Positions 12,567-24,404 are shown, counted from the stretch's first letter. The stretch: 32,000 bases of DNA from Mesoplasma florum L1 (GCF_000008305.1 NC_006055.1:360001-392000); one strand, 5' to 3'. The notes: generated by a model not told the origin, from the letters alone. Numbers and translations: made by a program.

Positions 12567-15131
12567 ATGGCAGAAAGCAAAAACATCAAAATTTATGCTC
12601 CCGTAGATTGTCATGTAGAAGATATAAAAGAATTAAATGATGGGGTTTTTAGTGAAGGCTTACTTGGAATGGGTATTTTCTTTGAACCAAAAAACAATAA
12701 AATTTGTTCTCCAGTGTATGGAAAATGCGTTCAAATATTTCATACAAAACATGCTATTCATTTTGAAGATTCAAATGGTAATATTTTATTAATGCATATT
12801 GGTATTGATTCAGTTCAGTTAAATGGTGAAGGGTTTGATTTAAAAATACAACCTGGACAAACTGTTGAACCAAAAACTGAAGTTGTAGATGTTGATTTTA
12901 AATTATTTGAAAAAAATAATATTATAAAATCAACACCAATAGTTATTGAACAAGATCAAAAGTATGATTATAAAATAATATTCTTAAAACCTGGTGATTA
13001 TAAAAAAGGTGATTTAATTTTAGAAATTGAAAAAACAATTAAAACTGAAACAAATATTGAAAAAGAAGAAATCAACTTATTGGATGAACAAGGTAATACA
13101 TTACCTATAATTTTTCAAGATAAATGAGAAAGTTTATCAGCTGAAGTGTTAAAAGCGGTTCAATCAAAAGATAATGTTGTTAATATTAATAACTGTAACA
13201 CTAGATTGAGATTACAAATCAAAGATACATCAATAATAAATACTGAAGAAGTTAAAAATAATAGATGAGTTAAAGGTGTTAACCTAAAAGGGAACGAACT
13301 ACAAATAATTATAGGTCCGGATGCTTATAAACTTAAAGACGCATTCACAGAATTTATAAATAAAAAACAAGTTAGTTTAAAAACTAAAGCGCCTGCTGAA
13401 TCATTTAAGTCAAAGTTTATTAAAATAGTTAATGGTGTTTTAGTACCTGTTGTGCCTGTTATTTGTGCAGCATCATTTATCACTTTAGTAAAAACTATAT
13501 TAGAAACAACTGGAGTTATTGATAGTGTTTCATTGAACTATATTTTTAGTAACAATGAAAGCTTAATTAATGGTGGTATAAAAATACTGTCTGACTATGG
13601 ATTAGTGACTGGTTTATTCTTTATTTTAAGTCAAACTGCTTGGGCCTTTGTTGGAATATATTTTAGTTATTCAACAGTTAAGTTTTTAAAAGGAAACGAA
13701 ATAATGGGTATTTTAATAGGGCTTACTTTAATTTGTCCATTCTTATTTGGAGGAGCAAAATGAGATCTGTTCTCACTTGGAAATTGAACATTTAGTGTAA
13801 CAGCTTATCCTTCATCTATTCTACCGCATATATTTGTTGGTGTAGTATATGTTTACTTTGATAGATGAGTAAGAAAATGAATGCCAGTTAGTGTAGATTT
13901 AATTTTTAGACACTCACTAACTTATGCAGTTTCACTATTATCAGTATTTTTATTTGCTGGACCATTATTGGCTTTAGTTGAAAGTGGATTATATTTTGTT
14001 ATTATTGATGGTTTAGCTAATATACCATATGGTATTGGAACTGGTATATTTGGTTTATTATGACAACCACTTGTTTTAACAGGTATGCACGCAGCATTCT
14101 ATATTCCTATTAATCAACAAATTGGTGAAGGAACACCTTTAGTTTTAGGAACTGTTAAAGAAATCGGTTCTCTTGGTCAATTTGGAGCATGTTTTGCATT
14201 ATTATTTATTACTAAAAATTCAAATTTAAAACAAGTAGCAGTTTCAGCAGCTCCGCCTGCATTATTAGGAATAACAGAACCTGCAATTTATGGTTGCAAC
14301 TTAGTTAAAGTTACACCATTTATAGCAGGATGTATTGGATCAGGAATTGGTGGTATTTATTATGGTGTAACTAACACCCAATTGTATGCAATTGGAAATG
14401 GTGTTTTATGTGCAATAGGTGCTATTCCTGGTGGAACAATGAATCTAGTTAACTGTTTAATTGGATTTGTAATAACAATATGTTCTGCATTTGTGATTAC
14501 TTTATTTTTATATAAAGAAAGAGTTGATGAACAAAAAGGTATCAAAAAAATATATAAAAAAATATCAAGCTTAATTAACCCAAAAAATGAAGCAATAATA
14601 TCATTTGATACAGAAATTTCTGAAATTTCAGAATTATATTCAAAAGAAACAAAAGAACAAATTAAACGTTTAGAAGATTTATTATACAAAAAAGGTATTA
14701 TTGAAAATAAACTTGAAAAAATTAATGTAAAAGAAGATTTAAAAAAACAAAATTATTCTAAAAAAGCATTAAAAGCTTATAAAAAAGATAACAATGAAAA
14801 AGTTGTTAAATATAATACTTTATTACAAAATGTTAAATCAAATAAAAAATCTTTAAATGATAAGTTAGAAGAATATATTAGAGAAATTTTAGAATTAAAT
14901 AGTCAATATAATAAAATTACAATTAAAGCAAAAGAAATAACTAATGAATCAGTTGATAGAGTAGTTATGATCACTAATAAGTCAGAATTTAATGAAATTA
15001 AAAACAATTTTAATCAGTTAATTATGGCCTTAGAAAATAATGCATTAAATTTACCTAAAAATAATGAAGAATTATTTAACTTTCATGCATTTGCTAAAAA
15101 GCAAAAAAACTCAAGTAAAGTTAATGCATAA
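12567..15131 (+). CDS. PTS EIIABC with long C-terminal charged/coiled-coil extension
   Basis: Code-4 frame: EIIA 'TKHAIHFEDSNGNILLMHIGIDSV', EIIB 'NNCNTRLRLQIKD', EIIC 'TGMHAAFYIP...LLGITEPAIYG'. RBS aaggtg upstream of ATG 12567. Confidence 0.88.
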
Positions 15132-15138
15132 TAGAAAT

Positions 15139-15170
15139 AAAAACTAGAAGATATTAACTTCTAGTTTTTA
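15139..15170. terminator. Bidirectional terminator between convergent genes
   Basis: Perfect 12-bp inverted repeat aaaaactagaag / cttctagttttt. Confidence 0.8.
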
Positions 15171-15722
15171 TTTATCAAATTTAATTTTTACCTGATCAAC
15201 TAAATCTATTTCATTACCTGCCATATTTATTTCATTTTTAAAATTAGATTGATAGTTTTTAGTTAAGTTATTGTATAAGAAATTGATGTTCATTTGATTT
15301 TCTAAAATATTGTCTAAAATGATTGGTTTAAAGTGAGAAATCTGATTTCTTAATTCACGTATACCATCAAATTCATTACGAGAAATGATAGGTCTATCAT
15401 TGTATACACTTTGAATTTTATTTAAGTTTTTAAAATATAAATTTTGAGCTTCACTCATGTTAACGTTTTCTTTTAAAAAGAATTCTACATCTTTAACATC
15501 ACAATTCATTAAAACAGCTCTTATATATTCTTCAAAGAAACAAATATAACGATAAAGAATATATTTAAGTCTTAGATCATATTGAATAACAGCAGCTATT
15601 TTAGCATATTCATCAGTATTTAAATATTTAGCTATGTATTGATGATATTCAACACCTTTAAGTTCTTTATATTTATTATATGAATCTATTTCATTCTGAT
15701 TTTTAAATTTTATTTCAATCAT
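15168..15722 (-). CDS. Candidate HEPN-domain (Abi-like) protein
   Basis: 184 aa; contains 'IRELRNQISHFKPI', an Rx4H (RNxxxH) motif typical of HEPN RNase / Abi-like families, in a helical context. SD GGAG upstream of ATG. Confidence 0.55.
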   Translation of the reverse strand: MIEIKFKNQNEIDSYNKYKELKGVEYHQYIAKYLNTDEYAKIAAVIQYDLRLKYILYRYICFFEEYIRAVLMNCDVKDVEFFLKENVNMSEAQNLYFKNLNKIQSVYNDRPIISRNEFDGIRELRNQISHFKPIILDNILENQMNINFLYNNLTKNYQSNFKNEINMAGNEIDLVDQVKIKFDK

Positions 15723-15816
15723 AGTATCTCCGATATCATAATTATCACATATTAAAACAAAAGTAGATTAATCTTTTAAATAAAGTAATATAATAAAATA
15801 AAAAATGGAGGAATAT

Positions 15817-16365
15817 ATGAATAAAAAAGTTTTTATTTCTTATTGGCATTCTGGTCATCAAATACAAAAAGATGAATTAGAAAAAACAGTAAGAGCTTCT
15901 AGAAATATAAATAATTCTGTTCACATTGGAGATATTAATGAAAATCTACCAACTGAAAGAATTTATCAAATAATAAGAGATGATTATTTAAAAGATAGTC
16001 AGGTAACAATTGTTCTTCTAGGTTTACATACAAATCACCGTAAGCATATAGATAGAGAAATTGCTTCATCTATTAGAGAAACATTTTTAAATCCAAGAAA
16101 TGGGCTTGTTATTCTTGTTATGCCTGAGATGGTGCCTTATGTTTCAGCAGGGACATGAAATAGTGAAAGAATATGTGGACCCAGAATTTCAAAAAATATA
16201 AAAAATAACTATGCAGTTTTTGATTATTATCACAACGTAATTAATAACCCTTCAAAATTAAACGAATTAATTGAAAAAGCTTATTTAAATAGAAATAATG
16301 TACTACCCAATAATTCTGATCCTTACAGAAGTAACAATACAAGCTGTACAATATGTGGGAGATAA
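15817..16365 (+). CDS. TIR-like (DUF1863 / Thoeris ThsB-like) protein
   Basis: 'KKVFISYWHSGHQIQKDELEK' N-terminus and 'SQVTIVLLGLHTNHRKHIDREIASSI', the DUF1863 hallmark pattern. GGAGG SD just upstream of ATG 15817 (track uses upstream ATG 15805). Ends 'CTICGR'. Confidence 0.75.
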
Positions 16366-16368
16366 AAG

Positions 16369-17202
16369 ATGAAAATAGAGATTAATAATTTATGATATTT
16401 AGTAATAATTTTAATTATTATATTATTTTTTATTTTTATTCCTTTAATAATAAAAAGTATTAAACTAAAATTAAAAAATAATAAAAACTTAAAACAAACT
16501 AAACAATCATTTAAAAATCTTTTAGATAATAAAGATTTAAGTTTAAATAATAAAATCTTTTTTAAAAGAGAAGATAAAAAATTAAATTTACATCTTAAAG
16601 AACTTATTGGTTCAAGTTCACTTTCAAGTTCAGTTAAAACAAATTTAGATTTTAAAATAGTTACATTTGAGATTCAATCAAATTTACCTGAAAAAATAAA
16701 TAATAGACAAATTTCTTGAAAAGCATTCACAGCGATTATAACTTCTGTTATAACAAATGATTCAAGAGGCGATACTGCAGAAGCAGTTAATTCAATTTAT
16801 CAATTATTTAAATTTTTAAAAAAACTTGTAATTGAAAGTGAGAATTCACCAATCATTCCATCAATGTTACTAAAAATAATAAATACAGATTTAAGGCCAA
16901 TATTAACTTTTACAAGAAGTTTTATGTTTTCTGATGCAGAAGGAAAAAATAAAGTTAAAAAAGATTTTGAAAACCAAGAAGAACAATTTTGAAATAAAAT
17001 TAATGATTTAAAAATTACTTTATTAGAGAGAAATGATTTAAAAATTTTATGTTTATTTTCTCAAAATTACATAACAACTGATGAAATTTATAATTTACTA
17101 AATATTAGCGATGAGTTGAAAAAGCAACTTATGTCTAAAAATAAAGAATCAAAAAAAATTATAGACGAAGTTGAAAAAGAAATAAAAAATTCAAAAATTT
17201 AA
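16369..17202 (+). CDS. Membrane-anchored protein of unknown function, operonic with the TIR-like gene
   Basis: Code-4 ORF read by hand, missed by the track: MKIEINNLWYLVIILIILLFFIFIPLIIKSIKLKLK...; 277 aa. One N-terminal TM and a helical C-terminal region. Starts 3 nt after the TIR-like stop. Confidence 0.75.
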
Positions 17203-17217
17203 GTAAATTTTATAAAC

Positions 17218-17248
17218 AAAGAACTTATTTAAACAAGTTCTTTTTTTG
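17218..17248 (+). terminator. Rho-independent terminator
   Basis: aaagaactt / aagttcttt stem followed by a T-run. Confidence 0.75.
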
Positions 17249-17295
17249 TTTGAGATTTATTTGTTATAAAATATATAAATAAAAAGGGTGAGAAG

Positions 17296-19527
17296 ATGAA
17301 CGAATTATTAACTTTTAGAGGATATGTAGTTAAATATGGTTTTTCAAATGATGCTGGTTGAGGAACTGGTACATTTGCTAGTGAAGATAATTTAAAACAA
17401 CATATGAGTATTAAAGGATCAATAACTAGTATGGATAAAAAAACTTTATATGAAATAACTGGATATTTTGAAGAACATCCTCGTTATGGTAAAAGTTTTA
17501 ATGTTCAAACTTATCGAAAAGCACCTATTCACTCAACTAAAGAACAAATTAAATTTTTAGCAGGTCCTGCATTTCCAGGTGTAGGAGAAAAAACAGCTGA
17601 AATTATAATAAATCACTTAGGTGATAAAGCAATTACACAATTAGTTAAAAATATTGAATTATTAAATGAAATACCAGGACTTAATGCTATTTATATCCCA
17701 ATTATTAAAAAAGGAATAGAAGAGAATATCAGACAAGAAGGTCAAGAAAGATTAAGATATATCTTTTTTGAAAATAATCTTAAAACTTCAATATTAGATT
17801 GAATGGATAATCACTTTGATCAAGATAATGACATTATTGAAAGCATTTTTTCAAATTCATTTTTATCTTTTGCAAAAGATAAAGAAATTGCTTCATTTGA
17901 AGAACTTGATAAAGTTGCTGTTCATTTTGGATTAGAATTACACTCACCTGAAAGAATAGCTTATTGAGCTTGAAAGTTAGCTGATGATTTTTTATTTGCA
18001 TCTGGAGATACTTATACAAACAAAGATTATCTTTCAAGAAGTTTAATGCGTAAGTTAAAAATACAAGATACCGAATTACTTTTTGAAGGTATTTTATATG
18101 CTAAAGAAAAAGGTATTTTAAAATTAACTAAAAATCGTATTTATACAGAAGAATCTTGAAGAGAAGAGCAAATTATCGCAGATAATATAATAAAGCTTAA
18201 TATACCCACTAAAAATGCCAATAAAGAAGGTATTTCATGAGAAATAAATCAAATTGAAGAAGAAATAGCTTATGAAAATAAAATTAAAGATTTTAAATTT
18301 GATGAAAAACAAAGAGAAGCATTAGAATTATTTGCCAATAATAAATTATCTATTATTACTGGTGGACCAGGAACTGGTAAAACAACATTGATTAAAGGAA
18401 TAGTTAAATTGTTTAATCGTATGAGTGGTACTGAGGACTATGCAATAGCAACACCAACCGGAAGAGCTGCTGCTAGAATTAGAGAAACATACAAGAAATC
18501 ATATGCAACAACAATACACAAACTATTAGAAGCAAAAGAACTTAATAAGTTTCAAATTACACAAAATAATCCATTAAATCAAAAACTTGTAATTTTAGAT
18601 GAATGCTCAATGATAGATAATAAATTATTTGCAAGTTTTATACAATCTTGTGATCGAGTTAGAAAAGTAGTTTTAGTTGGTGATGCTAATCAATTACCAA
18701 GTGTAGGGTATGGAAATACATTTGCTGATTTATTAGAACTAGATTTTTTAAAAACAATTAAACTAGATACAGTTCATAGACAAAAGAATGGCAATGGTAT
18801 TGTTGATTTAGCTTATAAAGTGTTAAATGAGACATTAGAGATAAGTGATTTAGAATCTATGAGTAATGTTGAAATAAACTTTGATTATAATAATCAAAAC
18901 ACCATGAACAAAGTTACTGAAATTGTTGGTCAACATTGAGATGATTTAGAAAAAAGAGCTAATCATTTACAAGTTATTTGTCCAATGTATGGTGGTGAAT
19001 TAGGAATTGATGAAATCAATGCTCAAATCCAAAATGAATTTAATGAAAATGTTAAAGATAAAAAGAAAGTCTATGATCGAGGAGATTATCGATTTGTAGT
19101 TGAAGATAAAATCATGTTTTTAAAAAATGACACTGATTTAGATTTAGCTAATGGTGATGTAGGTAAAATAATTAAAATTAATTATGATGCTATAGGTAGA
19201 TTAAAAGATGTTTTAACTGAATTTAATGATAAAGAGATATTATTACAACCAAAAAACTTTAGTGATGTAAAATTATCTTATGCAACTAGTGTGCATAAGA
19301 CTCAAGGAAGTGAATATAATAATGTTTTATTAGTTATAGATAGTCCTAAATTTAATTCAGGCTTTATTAATAAAACATTAATTTACACAGCAGTAACAAG
19401 AGCAAAAGATAAAATAGTTATTTTAGGTGATAGTGATTTATTCTTTAATGCAATTAAAATAACACCACCTAGAAGAAATACAACACTTATTGAAACTATG
19501 CTAGAAAAGAGAGAAACAAATGGGTAA
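17296..19527 (+). CDS. recD2: ATP-dependent RecD-like DNA helicase (RecD2)
   Basis: Code-4 frame joins track ORFs. 'FPGVGEKTAEIIINHLG' (HhH), 'IITGGPGTGKTTLIKGI', 'LDECSMID', 'VGDANQLPSVG', 'TSVHKTQGSEYNNVLL', 'YTAVTRAKDKIVILG'. Confidence 0.9.
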
Positions 19528-20155
19528 AAAACAAACGTATTTAAAATATTTAGCAACAGCTTCAGGATTATTCTTTTTAAGTTCATTATTGGTTAAATAT
19601 TTTGATTTTAAAAAAGGTGTGTTTGAAGGAAATACAACAGCTTTATTAATAACAGAAATCATTTTATTTTTAATTGGTTGTTTATTATTAGGATTTTATT
19701 GATTTGTTAAATTTTATGATTTAAATAAAGAAAAAGAATATGTAATGACTAAAAAAGAAAAAATTTATTTTCTTAGTTCTTTAGGTTTATATTCATTAAG
19801 TTTAATTTTAACTATGATATTTATTATAGCTGCTCATAATATTGTTAATATAACTACATTGTTTTTTGTAATGATAGTATTTATATTATTAGGTTTAATA
19901 GTAGGATCTGTATTTGAAATGATTAGTCGTTTAGGATATCAAAGCTATGTAGCCAGAAAAGAATATGAACAAGCACAAATAATTAAAAAAGAACGTATCA
20001 AAAAAATGATTAGCGAAGATAAAAGTATAACTGAAGAAGAAGCTAAAACTATAGTTAGTACAAATAAAAAAAGAACAAAAGAAGCTGAAACATTATTGAA
20101 AGCTGATATTGTTAAAAAGAAAAAAGAAAAAGACACTAATCCTTTTAAAGATTAA
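19520..20155 (+). CDS. Small multi-spanning membrane protein
   Basis: Code-4 frame joins 19520..19702 and 19745..20155 (211 aa) with about four hydrophobic segments; overlaps the recD2 stop by 8 nt. Confidence 0.7.
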
Positions 20156-20168
20156 TGTCTTTTTTAAA

Positions 20169-22187
20169 TTAATTTTTAATACTCATTGCTGATATTGAGT
20201 ATTTGTTTTTAACTACTTTAATTGTTATTGTAATAGTTTTATTGTCTATAACATATTCAAAATTATTATCATCAATTTGTTTTTCATTTGAAACTTTAAT
20301 TGAATCAAATTTTTCTTGCATTTCTTGTTTTAATTTTTCTTGTGATTCTTTAAATTCTTTTGTTTTATTATTTAAAGCAGTAAATAATCCATTGCTTCCT
20401 TTTGTATCGTTTAATATTTTACCTAAATAGTCAAAAAATGATCCTGATTTTATAAATTCTTTATCATCACCAATAGAAGGTCTAATATATCCTAATTTAC
20501 TTAATAAATCTTTTGGATTTTCTTGTGCAACTTTAACAACACCTTGTAATTGATTTATTAAATTAGAAACATTATTAAAATCTATTTTTAATGGTTGATC
20601 ATTTTCAGTTGTTGTTAAATCAGTTAAACGAGTTAGTAAAGTTTTAATTGTGTAATCACCACTAATCGGGAAACCTAAGATATTAACTTTCCCATTCTTA
20701 TTTAATTTTTTATTTGTAAAAGGTATTAAAAATTTATTTCAAGTAACATCTCATGGTTTTGATAAAATTCCGTCATTAATTAAATCAATTAATAAGTTAG
20801 CAGTTTTTTCATCAATTGTTCCTAGCGCAGCAGCTGCTTTTAAAGCAGTTGTAATTAAAGGTCTAAGAATAGATTCACTTATTTTACCAACTATATTATT
20901 ATTAGAACTTACTAATCCTAATCCTCCAACAAGCATACTTCCTATTGGTTTATTAGGCGTTGAAGTACCATTTAATAACGCTTTAAAAACTCCACTTAAA
21001 CCAGCATCATCATATACTGTATTCGTAAAGTTATACATGAAACCATCTATATCAGGAATTAGCCCATTAGCTGCTGGTTTATATTTTTCATGCCCTCTAA
21101 ATAAAAATTGTAATAAATTTTGTATTTCTTTACCACTTTCATCATTAAAAGTTTTATCTAAATATCTGATTAATTTTTTGATATCTAATTCATTTTTAAC
21201 TTGAGAATATTTTGTATTTCTAATACTTTGTAAATTACTTCATGAAAGTGTTTCAATATTTGATTCTGATTTTTCTATAATTTCTAATCTTTGAGTAGCA
21301 AAGTTATTTAGATAGATAACTAATACTCTAGCAAAGTTAACGATTGAACATAATGAATCTCAATTATCTACAATATTTAGATTAACATTAGATTGTTTTG
21401 ATAAATCTTGCATTGCTAAAACAGAACCATTTAACGCTGCTGCTCTTCATTCATTGGCTTCTTTTGCTGTTGAATTTTTGTATCTTGCTTCTTTACCTGC
21501 AAAAACATTTAAAGCATTACCAAAATCAACAATAGATGAGTTTAAAACTTCCTCCATTGTATAATTTTGATATTTTGCAGTTGAAGGACTTAAAGCATCA
21601 GCTAATTTTTTAATATTGGCATCTGGTAATAATGCTGCTGCATATTCTAATAATCCTTGATCAGAAATGATTTGTGGCATTAAAGTAATTCCTAAATCAA
21701 CTAAAAATAAAATCATTTCAATTATTTGTCCGTTACTCATAAATGAAATTAATGTAGGATAAATATTTGAAATATTCATAATTATATTAGGATCTTTTGG
21801 TGCTGCTCCAGAAATAATTTGAATGTTACTCTTATCTTTTAATTTACTACTTATTAATTCATTACCAAAATATGTAGATTGAATGTCAGTAAAGCGAGAA
21901 TTATTATTTATTCCATTAGTATTTGATGTTTCAGCGGTTGCATCTAATTGTTTTATTCATTTATTTTTAATCATATTTTCATATACATAATTAAAATCAT
22001 AATTTGTAGATTTATTTGAATTTAAATAATATGCTTTAGCTACTTGTTTAAGCAAAATATTAATGTCTTGAGAATTATAAACAGCAGGTTCTTTTGCTTT
22101 AGGTTGTATTTGACCACAAGCAATAACAGAAGCTGAGGCTGAAGCTGTTAAAGTTACAGCAGCCAATAAAGAAATTAATTTTCTCAT
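20169..22187 (-). CDS. Large surface lipoprotein (possibly MOLPALP family)
   Basis: Lipoprotein signal 'MRKLISLLAAVTLTASASASVIACG' (lipobox VIAC). Code-4 frame checked through the gaps between the track pieces near the 3' end. SD AAGGAG upstream. Confidence 0.7.
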
Positions 22188-23482
22188 TTTTTACTCAACT
22201 CCTTTGCATGGTCTAAAAGAATTTCAGAAACCAATTCATGAACTTGTTTTGTTGGGTGAACAAAATCAGTAAAGAAAAATTTACTCATGTCTTTATCACG
22301 CTCATTATTGTTATATAAACTTCTTGAAGTTGATCTTGTTGCTGAAATTGTAATGTCTAAAGTATTTTTAGCTCCAAATACAATATCACTTTTAAATTCG
22401 TTTATTACACTAGAAACATTATCAAATAAATCTAATTTAGGATCTGTATTAAATGTCATTTTCTCGTTATTTAATTTTATTTCTATTGCTTGACCATCAC
22501 TATATGCTTTATCAATAATTGCGTCTTGTCCTGCTATTTTTTTAAATTCATTTTCTAACTCATTAGTTTTTTTGTATAAATCATATAATTCAATTGAATC
22601 AGGATAGTATTGTTCAACTTCGTTAAGAACATTCATTATTTTAGAATAATATTCATCACAAATATTAATTATAAATTCAGCTGTTTTCTTTGCTTTAGAA
22701 TTTCCTGCGTTAGCTTCATTAAAAATATCGCGATATCTTGGTGGAAAGTCCATTCTTGGAGGTGTCATAAAAATTATGTTTTTTATACCGTTGTTTAATA
22801 AATTAAATAAAGCTGTTCTTACTCTATCAATGCTATCATTCATAAATTCTATTTGTTTTGCTTCATTTCCTTCAAAACCAATTAATGAAAATAAATCATT
22901 ACCACCAATTTCAAAAAACACTAAATCATTGTTGTTAATCTTATGTTGAGACAATAAAGCTTCAGTTTGTCTATCAATAGTTGCATCATTTAATAAAATA
23001 CCAGTCGGTAAATCAAGTTTAGCTGCAGTAGCTCCACCAACAGAATAGTTTTTACCATAATTTGTGCTTTCTTTTTTAGATAAGAAATTACTTGGTTTCA
23101 TTTCCCCAAAACCTAATTTTTCTGACAAAATTGTTCCAGCTGTCATTCCATTACTAAAAGCTGAATAATGCACATCATTTTTTTCATAACCATAAGCCCC
23201 TGATAGACTTACATTTAAATCAACCATTTGATTTGCAAACTTAGTTTTGATTAAATTTGAGATTCCATCAGTATCACTCAAACTATCACCAACTATATAA
23301 AAATTAGTAAAACCAAATTTACCTGGTTGACTATCATCGATTGCTTTTGATTTATCAATCCCTTTTCCAATCATTAATGGATTGTTAGTGAATGGTTCTT
23401 GATTTTCCCCACAACTAATAACACTAGTAACTACAGGGGTTATTAATGCTGTTGCCGCTAAAATTGCTAATAACTTTTTCAT
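22175..23482 (-). CDS. GDSL/SGNH-family lipase/esterase lipoprotein
   Basis: Start at MKKLLAILAATALITPVVTSVISCG (lipobox). Block I 'FYIVGDSLSD', block III 'EIGGNDLF', block V 'FTDFVHP'. The track stop at 22184 is UGA; in code 4 it reads ...KKWEN* and ends at 22175. Confidence 0.85.
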
Positions 23483-23483
23483 T

Positions 23484-24404
23484 TTATTCTCCTGCACTTT
23501 CAACTTTTTCAGATTTTTCTCATTTTTTATATTTTCATATTCCAAAACCTAAGCATGTAGGTGAAACTACAACAGCTGATAACATAAAAATAAATGATAA
23601 TTGAGCCATTGTAAGACCTCTTGTAAAGTTTGGATGATATAAGTCGTCAATTGTTACATAATCAGCAACATCTTCAACTATTAAATTTTTGTCTACAAAC
23701 GGATTTTGTAAACTTTGAATACTAATTGCATATTTGATTGAATCAATTTGTTGATTTAAAAATCATACCTTGTTATTCACTAGTTTTGTTCCTGGTGATT
23801 GTTTTACTGTAATTCCTGTCAAACCAGGACCAGTAGATTCAATTAAATCTTCATATTCATCTTGATCTCATACTGATTGTTGCTTAATTGCATTTTCTCT
23901 TAAATCGCTTGAAAACATTTCACTAATTCCATTTTTATGAAAAATTCATTGAGTACCAGTATTAACATAACCATATGATTGAAATTCTGATGCAATAGCT
24001 TGATCAAATTTAATCATATCTGTAGCAATGTCATAAAAATCAATATTTTGTTTTTGATCAATAACTGGTTGTCATCTTTCTGTATATCAATCATTTGTAA
24101 AATCAGTATATAAAGGTGTAAATTTGTCCTTTTCAGCTGCATTAAAAGAATCAATTGTTGAGATAGCATCAGCTAAATATGAAGTTCTTATAACGTTATG
24201 CATAATTGGTTCATATAATGGACTTTCTGCGTCTAAAACATACTTGTCTTTTGGCATAATAATTTGTAATTGTTTTTTAACTGAGTTAATAAATCTAATA
24301 GATTCAATTCCAAGTCCTGGTATAGTAGAGGCGACAGCACCAATACCGTATAAAGAAGATATCACAATAAGTGTTATCCCTTGTTTCTTAAGTCCAAACT
24401 TCAT
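23484..24404 (-). CDS. Membrane protein of unknown function with N- and C-terminal TM segments
   Basis: 306 aa code-4 ORF, 'KKQGITLIVISSLYGIGAVASTIPG' and 'FTRGLTMAQLSFIFMLSAVVVSPTCLGFGIWKYKKW'; stop is immediately followed by the GDSL gene start. Confidence 0.7.

Noticed and set aside
14360-14689. Minus-strand 109-aa ORF inside the second PTS gene
   Set aside because: Antisense of conserved EIIC; no RBS or motif.
19383-19586. Minus-strand ORF over the recD2/membrane-protein junction
   Set aside because: Antisense to the RecD2 motif region and the overlapping next gene; shadow ORF.
19520-20155. Two separate small genes (19520..19702 and 19745..20155)
   Set aside because: The gap contains only a UGA codon in the same frame; in code 4 they form one protein.
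20203-20430. Plus-strand ORF opposite the large lipoprotein
   Set aside because: The minus-strand lipoprotein frame is continuous here in code 4; this ORF is its antisense.
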